Positions 1 to 11,692 of a stretch of DNA of 34,330 bases are shown in pieces. Location: positions 1-34,330 of the forward strand of contig JBHIXE010000003.1 in assembly GCA_041984905.1 (NCBI GenBank), in the 5' to 3' direction. Numbering within the stretch: the stretch's first letter is position 1; the number at the start of each line of letters is the position of its first letter. The DNA comes from Verrucomicrobiales bacterium (GTDB lineage Bacteria; Verrucomicrobiota; Verrucomicrobiia; Verrucomicrobiales; DEV007). Under the pieces are notes generated by a model. The model worked only from the letters and a program-made list of their open reading frames with translations, did no database searches and was not told the origin of the DNA. Both the position numbers and the translations under genes were made by a program.

Positions 1-475
1 ACTTCTCCATGCGGGCCCGGAACTCGGCGATCTTCTCGTTGTAAGCGTCTGAGTCTTTCGCGATGCCTTCCTCGGCCACGAGGGAATCACCATACTGGTC
101 CTCCGTGGTGGTGTATTCACTCCGCTCCGTCATGGAGAGGTAGCTGTAGACGGGGCTCAGGATGTCTGCGCCAAGAGAAAGGGTAAGGCGTTTCTCGAAG
201 GCATTGAGGACATGAAGGTCCGGGGTGAGGAGCATAAAGGCCACATCCGCCTTGGGGGAAACGATGCTGAAAGTCAGCAACTGAGTCTCAGGATAGGAGC
301 GAATTTCCTGGGCGAGTTCCGCGAGCTGGGTCTTCGCCTCCAACTGTTCGTGATCGTTGAGGAGGGACCACTGAGAATGGTCGACCTGGTAAAAGAGGTG
401 GAGAACGTGCCAGCCTTCGTGGGGGCGAAGTGCATCAGGCTCGCGTTTCGTTTCGGTTGTCCCGTCAGTGTTCAT
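1..475 (-). CDS. Chlorite dismutase-family protein, HemQ/ChdC (coproheme decarboxylase)-like; N-terminal 158 aa only, gene runs off the left edge
   Basis: Absent from the ORF track because it is open to the window edge. Hand translation of the reverse strand from the ATG at 475-473 gives MNTDGTTETKREPDALRPHEGWHVLHLFYQVDHSQWSLLNDHEQLEAK...LSPVYSYLSMTERSEYTTTEDQYGDSLVAEEG..., with no in-frame stop down to position 1. The EGWHVLHLFY and SYLSMTERSEY segments match what I recall of Cld/HemQ-family proteins. Confidence 0.6.
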   Translation of the reverse strand, partial: MNTDGTTETKREPDALRPHEGWHVLHLFYQVDHSQWSLLNDHEQLEAKTQLAELAQEIRSYPETQLLTFSIVSPKADVAFMLLTPDLHVLNAFEKRLTLSLGADILSPVYSYLSMTERSEYTTTEDQYGDSLVAEEGIAKDSDAYNEKIAEFRARMEK

Positions 476-614
476 TTCGCTGAAGAATCGGAAAAAGTGG
501 GGGATGTATGAGTAAGGGGCATCTGGCTGGAATTCAAACGATCAGGCTTGACAAAAAAAGTTTGCAGCGATGTGGGAAAGCACTAGCTTCCACCCCTCGT
601 TTCAAACCACCGTT

Positions 615-851
615 ATGGCAGACCTCGAAAACAAGTATCCGGATAATGTTAAAGGCGAATTTTATGTCGATGACCAATGCATCGACTGCGACCTCTGTCG
701 CGAAACGGCGCCCGACAACTTTACACGGCAAGAGGACGGCGGCTATTCCTATGTCTACAAGCAGCCGGAAAACGACGAGGAGCGTGGCTTGTGTGAAGAA
801 GCGATGGAAGGTTGCCCAGTTGAAGCTATTGGTAACGACGGCGCTTCCTGA
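615..851 (+). CDS. Small single-cluster ferredoxin (4Fe-4S or 3Fe-4S type)
   Basis: ORF 570..851. The internal ATG at 615 gives MADLENKYPDNVKGEFYVDDQCIDCDLCRETAPDNF...CEEAMEGCPVEAI, i.e. CxxCxxC plus a distal C...CP ligand pattern typical of short ferredoxins. The upstream ATG at 570 adds 15 non-conserved-looking residues, so the start is uncertain. Confidence 0.8.
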   Translation: MADLENKYPDNVKGEFYVDDQCIDCDLCRETAPDNFTRQEDGGYSYVYKQPENDEERGLCEEAMEGCPVEAIGNDGAS

Positions 852-889
852 CTGGATGTCAGGCGGGGCCTGACTTTCCCCTCAACTCT

Positions 890-1282
890 ATGGACGAGAA
901 ACGACGTGAGGAATTCTCGATCGCCTGGCAAAGGTGGTGCAATTCCTGTGAGTCGGAGTGGAAAGAGCGGCGCGAGGCCAAAGAAGGTCGTCCCTTCAAG
1001 TCGCTGGAGAAGCTGATCGATAAGGAGCTCTCGGCTCTCGGCGTCCAGGAACGGATGGTCGAGGACCAATTGGTGGAGGCCTGGGCCGAAGCGGTCGGTC
1101 CCACCAACGCCATGCACTCCCGTCCCGTCAGCCTGAATCGCGGCGAATTGATTGTTGCGGTGACTCAGCCAGCCCTGAAGTTCGATCTGGAGCGCTTCCA
1201 CAAAGGGGAGATCCTCAAGCGGATGCAGGCCCGCTTCGGCGCCACCACGATCCGGCGTCTTCGCTTCCGGGTCGGAAACTGA
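890..1282 (+). CDS. DUF721 / DciA-like protein (putative replicative-helicase operator family)
   Basis: 130-aa ORF. The C-terminal two thirds (LVEAWAEAVGPTNAMHSRPVSLNRGELIVAVTQPALKFDLERFHKGEILKRMQARFGATTIRRLRFRVG) follow the DUF721 pattern W..vvG......t.p..l..g.L.v.v.s......L......il.r.......i..i.frvg. The N-terminus has only one CxxC (CNSC). Confidence 0.65.
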   Translation: MDEKRREEFSIAWQRWCNSCESEWKERREAKEGRPFKSLEKLIDKELSALGVQERMVEDQLVEAWAEAVGPTNAMHSRPVSLNRGELIVAVTQPALKFDLERFHKGEILKRMQARFGATTIRRLRFRVGN

Positions 1283-1288
1283 TCGCTC

Positions 1289-2329
1289 ATGTTCCGCAAC
1301 GTCATCTTCGACTGGTCGGGAACCCTCTGCAATGATCTCGGACCCGTCGTCGAGACGATCAACCGGATCCTGCAGGAATACGGACACAACGCCATCGAGC
1401 AGGAGGAGTTTCTCGATCAGTTCCGGCTCCCGTTTGCGGAGTTCTACGCGGAGCGGATCCCGCATGCCACGGCGGATGAATTGGAAGGGCACTACAACTC
1501 CTTCTTCCCGCTTTCCCAGAAGACAGCAGAACCCATCCCGCACGCGCGTGAGATCCTGGAATACCTGAGAGCGCGGGGAACCCGGATCTTTCTCCTAAGT
1601 GCCGTAACGGCCGAACACTTTGCGGAGCAGGCCGAACTCCTGGGATTCCAAGACTGTTTTGAGAAGACGTACCTGGCGGTCCGGGACAAGCGGCAACGCA
1701 TCCACGATCTCTTGGAAGAGAATGGGCTGAAGCCCGAAGAAACCGCGTTTGTAGGGGATATGTGCCATGATATCGACGCGGCTCGCACCGCAGGCATCAC
1801 CTCCGTAGCGGTGCTCACGGGATATGATTCTGCGAATAAGCTCTCCCTGGCGCGTCCTGATCTCATGCTGAGTGACCTGAGCCAGTTGCAACAGTGGATT
1901 TCCCGAGCAGATCCACTCGAGCAGATGCCCGTATCAACGGTGGGTGCTTTGATCTACAATCCGGAGGGGAAGGTTCTCTTGGTCCGCAGTCACAAGTGGA
2001 GTCATCGCTGGGGAATTCCCGGCGGGAAGATCAAACGGGGTGAAGGCTCGGAAGCGGCCCTGCATCGGGAGATTCTGGAGGAAACGAACCTCCCTTTGGA
2101 GGAGGTGAAACTCGTTCTGGTTCAGGACTGTGTGGAGCCGGAGGAGTTTGAGCGTTCCGCGCATTTTATCTTATTGAACTATACAGCTCGTACGTCCGGG
2201 ACTAAATTATCCCTGAATGAGGAAGCCCAGGAATATGCTTGGGAATTTCCTGAAAAGGCGTTGGAATACGCCCTGAATCAACCGACGAGAATCCTGATTG
2301 AGCATGTCCAACGCACTGCCGAGATTTAG
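1289..2329 (+). CDS. Bifunctional-looking HAD-superfamily hydrolase / Nudix hydrolase fusion protein
   Basis: N-terminal HAD motifs: I = VIFDWSGTL, II = FLLSAVT, IV = FVGDMCHDIDAA. The C-terminal domain has an intact Nudix box, GIPGGKIKRGEGSEAALHREILEETNL (Gx5Ex7REUxEExGU). ATG start at 1289. Confidence 0.85.
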   Translation: MFRNVIFDWSGTLCNDLGPVVETINRILQEYGHNAIEQEEFLDQFRLPFAEFYAERIPHATADELEGHYNSFFPLSQKTAEPIPHAREILEYLRARGTRIFLLSAVTAEHFAEQAELLGFQDCFEKTYLAVRDKRQRIHDLLEENGLKPEETAFVGDMCHDIDAARTAGITSVAVLTGYDSANKLSLARPDLMLSDLSQLQQWISRADPLEQMPVSTVGALIYNPEGKVLLVRSHKWSHRWGIPGGKIKRGEGSEAALHREILEETNLPLEEVKLVLVQDCVEPEEFERSAHFILLNYTARTSGTKLSLNEEAQEYAWEFPEKALEYALNQPTRILIEHVQRTAEI

Positions 2330-2783
2330 GCAATTACTCGCCTGGATGCCCCGCTTACTGGCCGTTCTGGCCCTTTGTGGCGGATTCACTTCCTGTTCCC
2401 TGGTGCCGGAAGTGAAAATCAATCCCATGAGTTTTGATATTCCTCTGACGGGGGACGGGTTCGATTTATCCCTGTTCGATCTTGAGAAGGAGGACAAGGA
2501 CAAGAAATCCGGATTTGTGGAGCGAATTGTCCGGCGGATTGCGGGCCCGCCCACGGTGATGGCGGGCTTGACCCTGCAATACCGGGCCGAACACGGCCAA
2601 TGGCCCACTCAACTGGAGGATCTCGATTCCAGCCAGCCCTTTGCGCAGAAGACCCTGAAGCGGATCAAGAGCGCGACATTTACGCCGCAGGAAGACGGCG
2701 CCGTCGAATTGAGTCTGCTCTACGACAAGAATATTCCCGCGAATGTCTTGCTCACCATCGAGCGCGTGCCTAGCAGTTCCTGA
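2304..2783 (+). CDS. Hypothetical lipoprotein
   Basis: ORF track 2298..2783 begins at a TTG. The first ATG is at 2304, and a further ATG at 2346 gives MPRLLAVLALCGGFTSC (signal peptide with a lipobox-like FTSC). No domain recognised. Either of the upstream starts overlaps the 3' end of the HAD-Nudix gene, and the stop overlaps the folB ATG. Confidence 0.6.
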   Translation: MSNALPRFRQLLAWMPRLLAVLALCGGFTSCSLVPEVKINPMSFDIPLTGDGFDLSLFDLEKEDKDKKSGFVERIVRRIAGPPTVMAGLTLQYRAEHGQWPTQLEDLDSSQPFAQKTLKRIKSATFTPQEDGAVELSLLYDKNIPANVLLTIERVPSSS

Positions 2784-3139
2784 TGGAGGACCAGATTCGG
2801 CTCAATGCTGTTCGCATCGTGACCCACATTGGCGTGCCCGACGAGGAGCGCGCCCGGGCTCAGTCGCTGGAGGTGGATCTGATTTTGGTTCCAGAAAGCG
2901 GATTTGGCTCGGCAAACGACGAGCTGGAGGGGACAATTGATTACCTCCAGGTATGGAACCAGGTCCAGGATGTGGCGGCGGAAAAGCCGCGGAAACTGAT
3001 CGAGACGTTGGCGGAAGATCTTGCCCGGAAAATTCTGGAAAATCCGGCAATTCAGAAGGTTGGCGTGGAAGTTCGGAAGTTCATTCTGCCCCAGACGGGC
3101 TCGGTTTCCGTAACCATATGGAGGGAACGGCATATATAG
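2783..3139 (+). CDS. folB: Dihydroneopterin aldolase
   Basis: 118 aa. MEDQIRLNAVRIVTHIGVPDEERARAQSLEVDLIL...GTIDYLQVWNQV...LIETLAEDLARKIL...VGVEVRKFILP matches the FolB fold pattern (GV..eER...Q.l.vdl, tvdY, terminal v.v.K). The ATG overlaps the upstream TGA (TGATG at 2781-2785). Confidence 0.8.
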   Translation: MEDQIRLNAVRIVTHIGVPDEERARAQSLEVDLILVPESGFGSANDELEGTIDYLQVWNQVQDVAAEKPRKLIETLAEDLARKILENPAIQKVGVEVRKFILPQTGSVSVTIWRERHI

Positions 3140-3220
3140 GTGAAAGAAGCCGGGAAAAACCACGGTTTTAGCTTTGCTTTGAACGGACCTTGACTGATTG
3201 CTGTGACGAGCCCACCCCCC

Positions 3221-3808
3221 ATGGCCAAAAAACGTAAGCCGGACGAAGACAAAGAGCTTGTCAAGCGTGCCCAGGACGGAGACACCGAGGCATTTGACGA
3301 GTTGGTGACCAAGCACAGCCCCAAGCTCTATGGGCTGGTCTACAACATGACCTCGAACCACGAGGACACCAACGACCTGTTGCAGGACATCTTTGCCAAG
3401 GCCTACCGCAGTCTGAAGCGTTTCGAGGGCAAGTCCACGTTCTACACCTGGATTTACTCCATCTCCGTGAACATGACCCTGAACTTTCTCAAGAAGCGGG
3501 GCCGGCAGCGGAAGGTGAGCCTGGATGACGTGGATCAGAATATCCAGAACGACGTCGATTTTATTGAATCCACATCCAAGACAGACCCCGTTAAGGAGGT
3601 GAACATTCGAGAGCTGCAGGAAAGGTTGAACGGTGCCATGCAGCAACTGTCTGATGACCACAGAGCCGTCGTAACAATGTTTGACATCATGGGGATGCCA
3701 CACAATGAAATTGCAAAGATCCTGGGCGTATCCCCAGGCACCGTGCGCTCCCGGCTTTTCTACGCCCACCGGCAACTGCAGAACTACCTTGAAGAGTTTC
3801 GTCGCTGA
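3221..3808 (+). CDS. ECF (group IV) sigma-70 family RNA polymerase sigma factor
   Basis: Region 2 = ELVKRAQDGDTEAFDELVTKHSPKLYGLVYNMTSNHEDTNDLLQDIFAKAYRSLKRFEGKSTFYTWIYSISVNMTLNFLKKR. Region 4 HTH = MPHNEIAKILGVSPGTVRSRLFYAHRQL. The track starts at GTG 3203; the ATG at 3221 (MAKKRK...) is the more conservative start. Confidence 0.9.
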   Translation: MAKKRKPDEDKELVKRAQDGDTEAFDELVTKHSPKLYGLVYNMTSNHEDTNDLLQDIFAKAYRSLKRFEGKSTFYTWIYSISVNMTLNFLKKRGRQRKVSLDDVDQNIQNDVDFIESTSKTDPVKEVNIRELQERLNGAMQQLSDDHRAVVTMFDIMGMPHNEIAKILGVSPGTVRSRLFYAHRQLQNYLEEFRR

Positions 3809-3871
3809 GGAAAAAGTGACGACATCGATTGAACACTCGCTACCAGATTCGTCACTAAACCTTACCACGCC

Positions 3872-4222
3872 ATGGAAGACTTCGAGCACATCCGCCGCCT
3901 GATCGCTCTCAAGCGTTACGAGACTCCCGGTGACGAGTATTTTGAGCAGTTCCTGAAGGATTTTCAGAAACGGCAACGCGCGGAATTACTGCGGATGCCG
4001 GCCCACCGGTTGCTCTTGGATCGGTTCCAGGCCTGGATGGATGGTTCTGGTAAGGTGTGGATGGCTTCCGCGGCGGGCGCTGCGGCGACAGCCATGGCAT
4101 TCCTTGGAGTGCTGGCGTTCCAGACCGGCCACACCAACGAGGGCTATCTCGGGGCCCAGGCAGAACCGGATGTTCCGGTTCCCGTCGAGATCGTCTCGAC
4201 CTCGCTGCTTCAAGAATTCTAG
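3872..4222 (+). CDS. Putative single-pass anti-sigma factor (no zf-HC2 motif)
   Basis: 116 aa, immediately downstream of the ECF sigma gene. It has a cytoplasmic helical N-terminus (RYETPGDEYFEQFLKDFQKRQRAELL), one hydrophobic span (VWMASAAGAAATAMAFLGVLAF) and a tail of about 35 aa ending ...STSLLQEF. Assignment is by position and architecture only. Confidence 0.55.
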   Translation: MEDFEHIRRLIALKRYETPGDEYFEQFLKDFQKRQRAELLRMPAHRLLLDRFQAWMDGSGKVWMASAAGAAATAMAFLGVLAFQTGHTNEGYLGAQAEPDVPVPVEIVSTSLLQEF

Positions 4223-4229
4223 AAAGACC

Positions 4230-7438
<3,209 letters not shown>

Positions 7439-7510
7439 TTATGCTAGATACCCGCGTCTTACTTTTGACGTGGTCCCCCAACACGAATCCCCACTACCCC
7501 CCAACTAGAA

Positions 7511-7846
7511 ATGACAAAGTCCAAGCGCTACTTTGCGGTCCTGCTTTCCTGCGGGGCCTTACTCGGATTATCATCCTGTGAAACCCACACCCAGGAAGGC
7601 GCCCTATATGGCGGCCTTGGTGGCGCAGCCATCGGCGGTATTGCTGGCGGCGGCGACGGAGCCCTGATCGGGGGCGCCATCGGAGCGGCCACCGGTGCAG
7701 CCATTGGTAGCAGCAAAGACCGTAATCACGGTCACTATCGCGATTACGACCGTCGCGGCTATGATCGCCGTGGATACGACCGTCGCGGATACGGTTATGA
7801 CGATGGGTATTACGATCGTCACTACGACGGCTACCACCGTTACTAA
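7511..7846 (+). CDS. Glycine-zipper (Rick_17kDa / YMGG-like) lipoprotein with Tyr/Arg/Asp-rich repeat tail
   Basis: Signal peptide plus lipobox LGLSSC. Glycine zipper GGLGGAAIGGIAGGGDGALIGGAIGAATGAAIGS. C-terminal tail HYRDYDRRGYDRRGYDRRGYGYDDGYYDRHYDGYHRY. Confidence 0.85.
   Translation: MTKSKRYFAVLLSCGALLGLSSCETHTQEGALYGGLGGAAIGGIAGGGDGALIGGAIGAATGAAIGSSKDRNHGHYRDYDRRGYDRRGYDRRGYGYDDGYYDRHYDGYHRY
7745..7789 (+). repeat. 15-nt x3 in-frame tandem repeat encoding (YDRRG)3
   Basis: tacgaccgtcgcggc / tatgatcgccgtgga / tacgaccgtcgcgga, read directly. It lies inside the glycine-zipper lipoprotein CDS. Confidence 0.8.
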
Positions 7847-7896
7847 GGAACCTTTGGCGGGAAATACCCGCCTTGAAACCATAAGCTGACTTTGAG

Positions 7897-7927
7897 CCCG
7901 GGATGGTGTGGTGCGACCTGTCCCGGG
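7897..7927 (+). terminator. Possible intrinsic terminator after the glycine-zipper gene
   Basis: CCCGGGA (7897-7903) pairs with TCCCGGG (7921-7927) and is followed by ttcactgtttt. The 17-nt loop is large, so the call is weak. Confidence 0.35.
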
Positions 7928-7955
7928 TTCACTGTTTTAGAGGCGAGAGAGGGGA

Positions 7956-8225
7956 TCAATCCTTGATCTCATCCTCCAACCGCTCGCTCAACCACTGCTT
8001 CATCATGCTCTGATAGTTGAGGTAGCGGGAGCGGGCGATCCGCTTGATGCGAGCCAGCATCCGGGGATCGAAACGCAAGGTGATGGTGGTCGACTCGCGC
8101 ACGCTCTGCTTGTGCACCGCCGTGTTCATGAGACGGGCATCCAGGGAGTGTTCCAACCAGTAGGCCACTTCCTTCTTCTCGTTCTCAAAGATCGGGATCT
8201 CCTCCCAGGATTCGACAGTTTTCAT
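7956..8225 (-). CDS. brnA: BrnA-type (CopG/RHH-like) antitoxin
   Basis: 89 aa, directly downstream of the BrnT-like gene. The C-terminal TITLRFDPRMLARIKRIARSRYLNYQSMMKQWLSERL matches the ribbon-helix-helix end of BrnA-family antitoxins. Confidence 0.75.
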   Translation of the reverse strand: MKTVESWEEIPIFENEKKEVAYWLEHSLDARLMNTAVHKQSVRESTTITLRFDPRMLARIKRIARSRYLNYQSMMKQWLSERLEDEIKD

Positions 8226-8244
8226 TCAGAGTGCCTCTGTGGAA

Positions 8245-8523
8245 CTACTGCAATTCAGCGTTCTTGCGATCGTAAAAGTTCAATTCAGCTTCGCTCATTT
8301 CCCGGGCGCAAATCACCCGGTACATCTTTCCATCCGTCCAGAACACGCAAAAGAGAGCTCGGTTGTTCAAGGTTTTGCCGAGGCAAAAGAAGCGGGCCTT
8401 GCCGCGATCATCATCAAATTCGGGAAGCAAGCGAATCGAGAATGGATCTTCGAAAGACTCCTCGATTTCCCGTGCGGTAATATCATCAAGGTCGTATTTG
8501 ACCTCCAGCCAATCAAACTCCAT
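8245..8523 (-). CDS. brnT: BrnT-family (DUF497) toxin, ribonuclease-type
   Basis: 92 aa. MEFDWLEVKYDLDDITAREIEESFEDPF...RFFCLGKT...ALFCVFWTDGKMYRVICAREMSEAELNFY follows the DUF497 pattern (F.WD..K......i...E.Ee.F.Dp ... iRiIsAR.a...E...Y). The toxin-first gene order is as in the described BrnTA. Confidence 0.75.
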   Translation of the reverse strand: MEFDWLEVKYDLDDITAREIEESFEDPFSIRLLPEFDDDRGKARFFCLGKTLNNRALFCVFWTDGKMYRVICAREMSEAELNFYDRKNAELQ

Positions 8524-8666
8524 TCGGGTCGGTGTGAAAATTGTGGGGCTTTTAGCACTCTAAACTACACTATCCGGCCTAACGGGCTGAAATCAAGCGA
8601 TTGCCCGTAGCGGACACGCGGAAAAGACTAGCATCGTCCTCACCCCTGCTTCATGTATGGAGGAGT

Positions 8667-10166
8667 ATGTATTTCCTTGGAATCGATAGCGGCACCCAGA
8701 GCACCAAGTGCGTGGTGCTGGACAGCGAAAGCGGCAAAATTGTGGCTCAGGCTCAGGAGTCCTACGAGCTGATCAGTGGTTTGCCGACAGGCCACCTGGA
8801 GCAGCATCCCCAGGATTGGGTCAAAGCGGTGGACGTTACCGTTTCGAAATGCCTGGAGGAGCTCGGCGAGTCCAAGGTCATGGTGCGAGGGATCGGCGTG
8901 AGCGGTCAACAGCACGGATTGGTGGTGCTGGATGAGAATGACGAGATCGTGCGTCCGGCCAAGCTCTGGTGCGATACCTCCACTGCCAAGCAATGTGAGA
9001 CCTTCCGCTCCGCGTTCCGGGGCGATGACGGATTGATCCGGCTGGCCGGCAATACCATCATGCCAGGCTATACCGCGCCGAAAATTCTTTGGCTGAAGGA
9101 GAACGAACCCGAGAACTTTGAGAAGGTTCATTCCATCCTTCTCCCTCACGATTACCTCAACTTCCATCTAACCGGCGTGAAGCGGATGGAATACGGGGAC
9201 GCCTCCGGCACTGCGTTGCTGGATGTCCGGACGCGGACCTGGTGCAAGGACCTCATCAATTTCATCGATCCATCCGTCGCCGCCATGCTGCCGGAAGTCG
9301 GCTCCTCGCTGGAGATGCACGGCGAGTTGCGGGAAGAGCTGCGCAAGAAATGGGGCCTGCCGGTGGGCGTGATCGTCAGCGCCGGGGGCGGGGACAACAT
9401 GATGGGCGCCATCGGAACCGGGAATACGCGCCCCGGCGTCATTACGGCCAGCTTTGGCACGTCAGGAACCCTTTACGGCTGTGCCGACGAGCCAATTGTC
9501 GATCCCAACGGCGAGATCGCGGCCTTCTGTGACAGCACAGACCAGTGGCTGCCCCTGATCTGCACCATGAATGTGACGGTCACCACCGAGCAGGTGCGGA
9601 ATATGTTCAAGTGGGATCACGCCGCGCTCGAGGCGGCCGTGAAAGAGGCGAAGCCAGGTGCGGAAGGACTCACCTTCCTCCCTTACCTGACCGGGGAACG
9701 GACTCCGAACCTTCCCAATGGCAAAGGAGTGATCCACGGACTCACCACCAAGAACATGACCGCCCCCAACCTGGCCCGTTCCGCCATGGAGTCGGTGACG
9801 CTGGGTTTGGCCTATGGCTTGCGGCGTTTCCGCGAGTTGGGCGTGGAACCGACCGAGATCCGGCTCACTGGAGGAGGAAGCAAGAGCGCCGTCTGGCGCC
9901 AGATTTCGGCGGATTGCTTTGGAGTTCCGGTGGTCACGCTATCCACCTCCGAAGGCGCCGGCCTGGGAGCTGCCATTCAGGCCGCCTACGTCGCGGCAGA
10001 AACGGATGGAAAACAAGTGGACTATGAAACGCTTTGTGGCAGGTGGGTAACCCTGGACGAGTCCACCCGTTGCGAGCCGAATCCCGATAACCTGGATCTC
10101 TACAGCAATCTACTGGATCAGCAGTTGGAACTGACTCAGGCTCTCCAGGCAGCGGACTATCTCTAA
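8667..10166 (+). CDS. xylB: Xylulokinase (FGGY carbohydrate kinase family)
   Basis: [19 protein letters not shown]...[15 protein letters not shown]...[15 protein letters not shown]...[23 protein letters not shown]. The ATG at 8667 is preceded by tggaggagt; the track start at 8601 adds a non-conserved leader. Confidence 0.85.
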   Translation: MYFLGIDSGTQSTKCVVLDSESGKIVAQAQESYELISGLPTGHLEQHPQDWVKAVDVTVSKCLEELGESKVMVRGIGVSGQQHGLVVLDENDEIVRPAKLWCDTSTAKQCETFRSAFRGDDGLIRLAGNTIMPGYTAPKILWLKENEPENFEKVHSILLPHDYLNFHLTGVKRMEYGDASGTALLDVRTRTWCKDLINFIDPSVAAMLPEVGSSLEMHGELREELRKKWGLPVGVIVSAGGGDNMMGAIGTGNTRPGVITASFGTSGTLYGCADEPIVDPNGEIAAFCDSTDQWLPLICTMNVTVTTEQVRNMFKWDHAALEAAVKEAKPGAEGLTFLPYLTGERTPNLPNGKGVIHGLTTKNMTAPNLARSAMESVTLGLAYGLRRFRELGVEPTEIRLTGGGSKSAVWRQISADCFGVPVVTLSTSEGAGLGAAIQAAYVAAETDGKQVDYETLCGRWVTLDESTRCEPNPDNLDLYSNLLDQQLELTQALQAADYL

Positions 10167-10171
10167 GCGAA

Positions 10172-11059
10172 ATGGAACTGATTCAAGGTAAAGACGTCGC
10201 CGCCAAGGTCTATGAAGAGATCCAGAAGGATCTCGCCGAACTGAAAGGTGCTGGGCACACACCAGGACTGGCGGTGATTCTGGTCGGGAATGACCCTGCT
10301 TCCAAAGCTTATGTGGGTGCGAAGGACCGCAAGTGCCAGGAGCTTGGCCTGCACTCCCTGAAGATCGAGCTTCCTGAAGACACCAGCGAAGAGGCTCTTC
10401 TGGCTCAAGTGAGCAAGTTGAATGAAGACCCGAGCATTCACGGGATTCTCGTGCAGATGCCTTTGCCGGATCACCTCGACGAAGAACGGGTCATCAAGAC
10501 GATCGATCCCGCCAAAGACGTCGATGGGCTTCATCCTGTGAACGTCGCGAAGCTGGCGATGGAGGATCCCACAGGGTTTGTGCCCTGCACGCCTCTCGGT
10601 TGTCAGCGGATGCTGCAGTATGCGGGGATCGAGACTCCCGGGAAACGGGTGGTCATCGTGGGCCGTAGCATGCTCGTCGGCAAATCGCTGGCTCTGCTTC
10701 TCATGGCAAAGGGTAGTGATGCCAACGCGACCGTCACCGTGGCTCATTCCCGAACCCAGAACCTGCCCGAAGTCTGCCGGGAAGCGGACATTCTGGTCGC
10801 GGCGATTGGCCGAGCTGGATTCATCACCGCCGATCACGTGAAGGACGGAGCCGTGGTGATCGATGTGGGTATCAATCGTGTCGATGATCCCGAGGCCAAG
10901 CGTGGCTATCGGCTGGTAGGGGATGTGGACTTTGATGCGGTCGCGCCCAAGTGCTCTGCCATCACGCCGGTTCCCGGAGGAGTTGGAGTGATGACCATTG
11001 CCATGCTCATGCAGAATACCCTGAAGAGCTGCCGGCTCAGCATGAGCGGAGCCGATTGA
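10172..11059 (+). CDS. folD: Bifunctional 5,10-methylene-THF dehydrogenase / methenyl-THF cyclohydrolase
   Basis: [29 protein letters not shown]...[10 protein letters not shown]...[14 protein letters not shown]...VPCTPLGC...[18 protein letters not shown]...[15 protein letters not shown]: canonical FolD motifs. Confidence 0.95.
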   Translation: MELIQGKDVAAKVYEEIQKDLAELKGAGHTPGLAVILVGNDPASKAYVGAKDRKCQELGLHSLKIELPEDTSEEALLAQVSKLNEDPSIHGILVQMPLPDHLDEERVIKTIDPAKDVDGLHPVNVAKLAMEDPTGFVPCTPLGCQRMLQYAGIETPGKRVVIVGRSMLVGKSLALLLMAKGSDANATVTVAHSRTQNLPEVCREADILVAAIGRAGFITADHVKDGAVVIDVGINRVDDPEAKRGYRLVGDVDFDAVAPKCSAITPVPGGVGVMTIAMLMQNTLKSCRLSMSGAD

Positions 11060-11063
11060 GTCG

Positions 11064-11522
11064 TCACGATTCCCCGATCGGGATGAGCCGCCTCAAAGGC
11101 ACCACGCTCTTGCCCTCATAGAAGGTGATGTGGTTCTCATCGACGAACTCCAGGCGGTTCTGGCCGCGGCTCTGGAGATCATGGACGATGAGCACATCGG
11201 AATCTCCGCTCTTCTCCACCCGGATATACTTGGTGGTCGACTTGTTCGTGGTCTTGTCGCTGATTCTCAGGAACGGGCCGTTCTTGTCGAATCCGAACTC
11301 ATAAAGCTGGTTCTCCATGCGGGACATCCCCATTTGAACCGCGATCTCCGACATACTGCGATTCTGTTGCTGGGCCCGGACGGAATCGACATAGAGATCC
11401 TTCCGAGTCCGATCGAATTCCCAGACTCCCGCCGCAGTGGGTCCAGCGTGAACCAGGGCAGGGGCGAGCAGGCAAAACGAAACGAAAACGAGAAAGGATA
11501 GGGTAGACAGGGGTTTCATCAT
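11064..11522 (-). CDS. Secreted hypothetical protein
   Basis: 152 aa with a clear signal peptide, MMKPLSTLSFLVFVSFCLLAPALVHAG. No family recognised. Confidence 0.6.
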   Translation of the reverse strand: MMKPLSTLSFLVFVSFCLLAPALVHAGPTAAGVWEFDRTRKDLYVDSVRAQQQNRSMSEIAVQMGMSRMENQLYEFGFDKNGPFLRISDKTTNKSTTKYIRVEKSGDSDVLIVHDLQSRGQNRLEFVDENHITFYEGKSVVPLRRLIPIGES

Positions 11523-11692
11523 CAGAATTTGCCGGGGCGAAAGCGAGGACTGATGCCCCGAGTATCAAGGAAATCTGGGGAAGAGTCGAGAACGAAGCAA
11601 ACTGCATAAATTGCGGCAAAGGGTTAAAAATGCAGAAACTATGAAAATTGTGTTGGCATCAATTATTAACATGCTTAAATGGCTAAGAGATC

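Noticed and set aside
755-1543. 262-aa minus-strand ORF over the DciA-like and HAD-Nudix genes, plus other nested ORFs at 859-1395
   Set aside because: It is antisense to ORFs with recognisable families and has no signal or motif of its own. This is typical high-GC antisense openness.
3124-3200. Possible ECF-type autoregulatory promoter (GGAAC at 3124 and TGAAC at 3180) upstream of the sigma gene
   Set aside because: I could not pair either -35-like element with a convincing -10 (CGT-type) at 16-17 nt spacing. Calling it would be guesswork without a transcription start or a known consensus for this sigma group.
2720-3976. 418-aa minus-strand ORF spanning folB and the ECF sigma gene
   Set aside because: The plus-strand ORFs it overlaps have unmistakable FolB and sigma-70 region 2/4 motifs. 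The antisense product has no recognisable motifs and crosses two intergenic gaps. It is a GC-driven open frame.
4041-4229. N-terminal extensions of several track ORFs: 4041, 8601, 12060, 19099, 21673, 32220 and 32542. Some of them (19099) begin at TTG.
   Set aside because: Each extension is Arg/Pro-rich or overlaps the neighbouring gene. In each case an internal ATG immediately precedes a canonical signal peptide or the conserved N-terminus of the family. I used the internal starts; they remain predictions.
11523-11692. AT-rich spacer with a CTGCAT...ATGCAG inverted repeat and a CGGGGC...GCCCCG stem, considered as a riboswitch or sRNA
   Set aside because: The stems are short (6 bp) and widely spaced, and I recognise no conserved riboswitch core. 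It is more simply a divergent promoter region.
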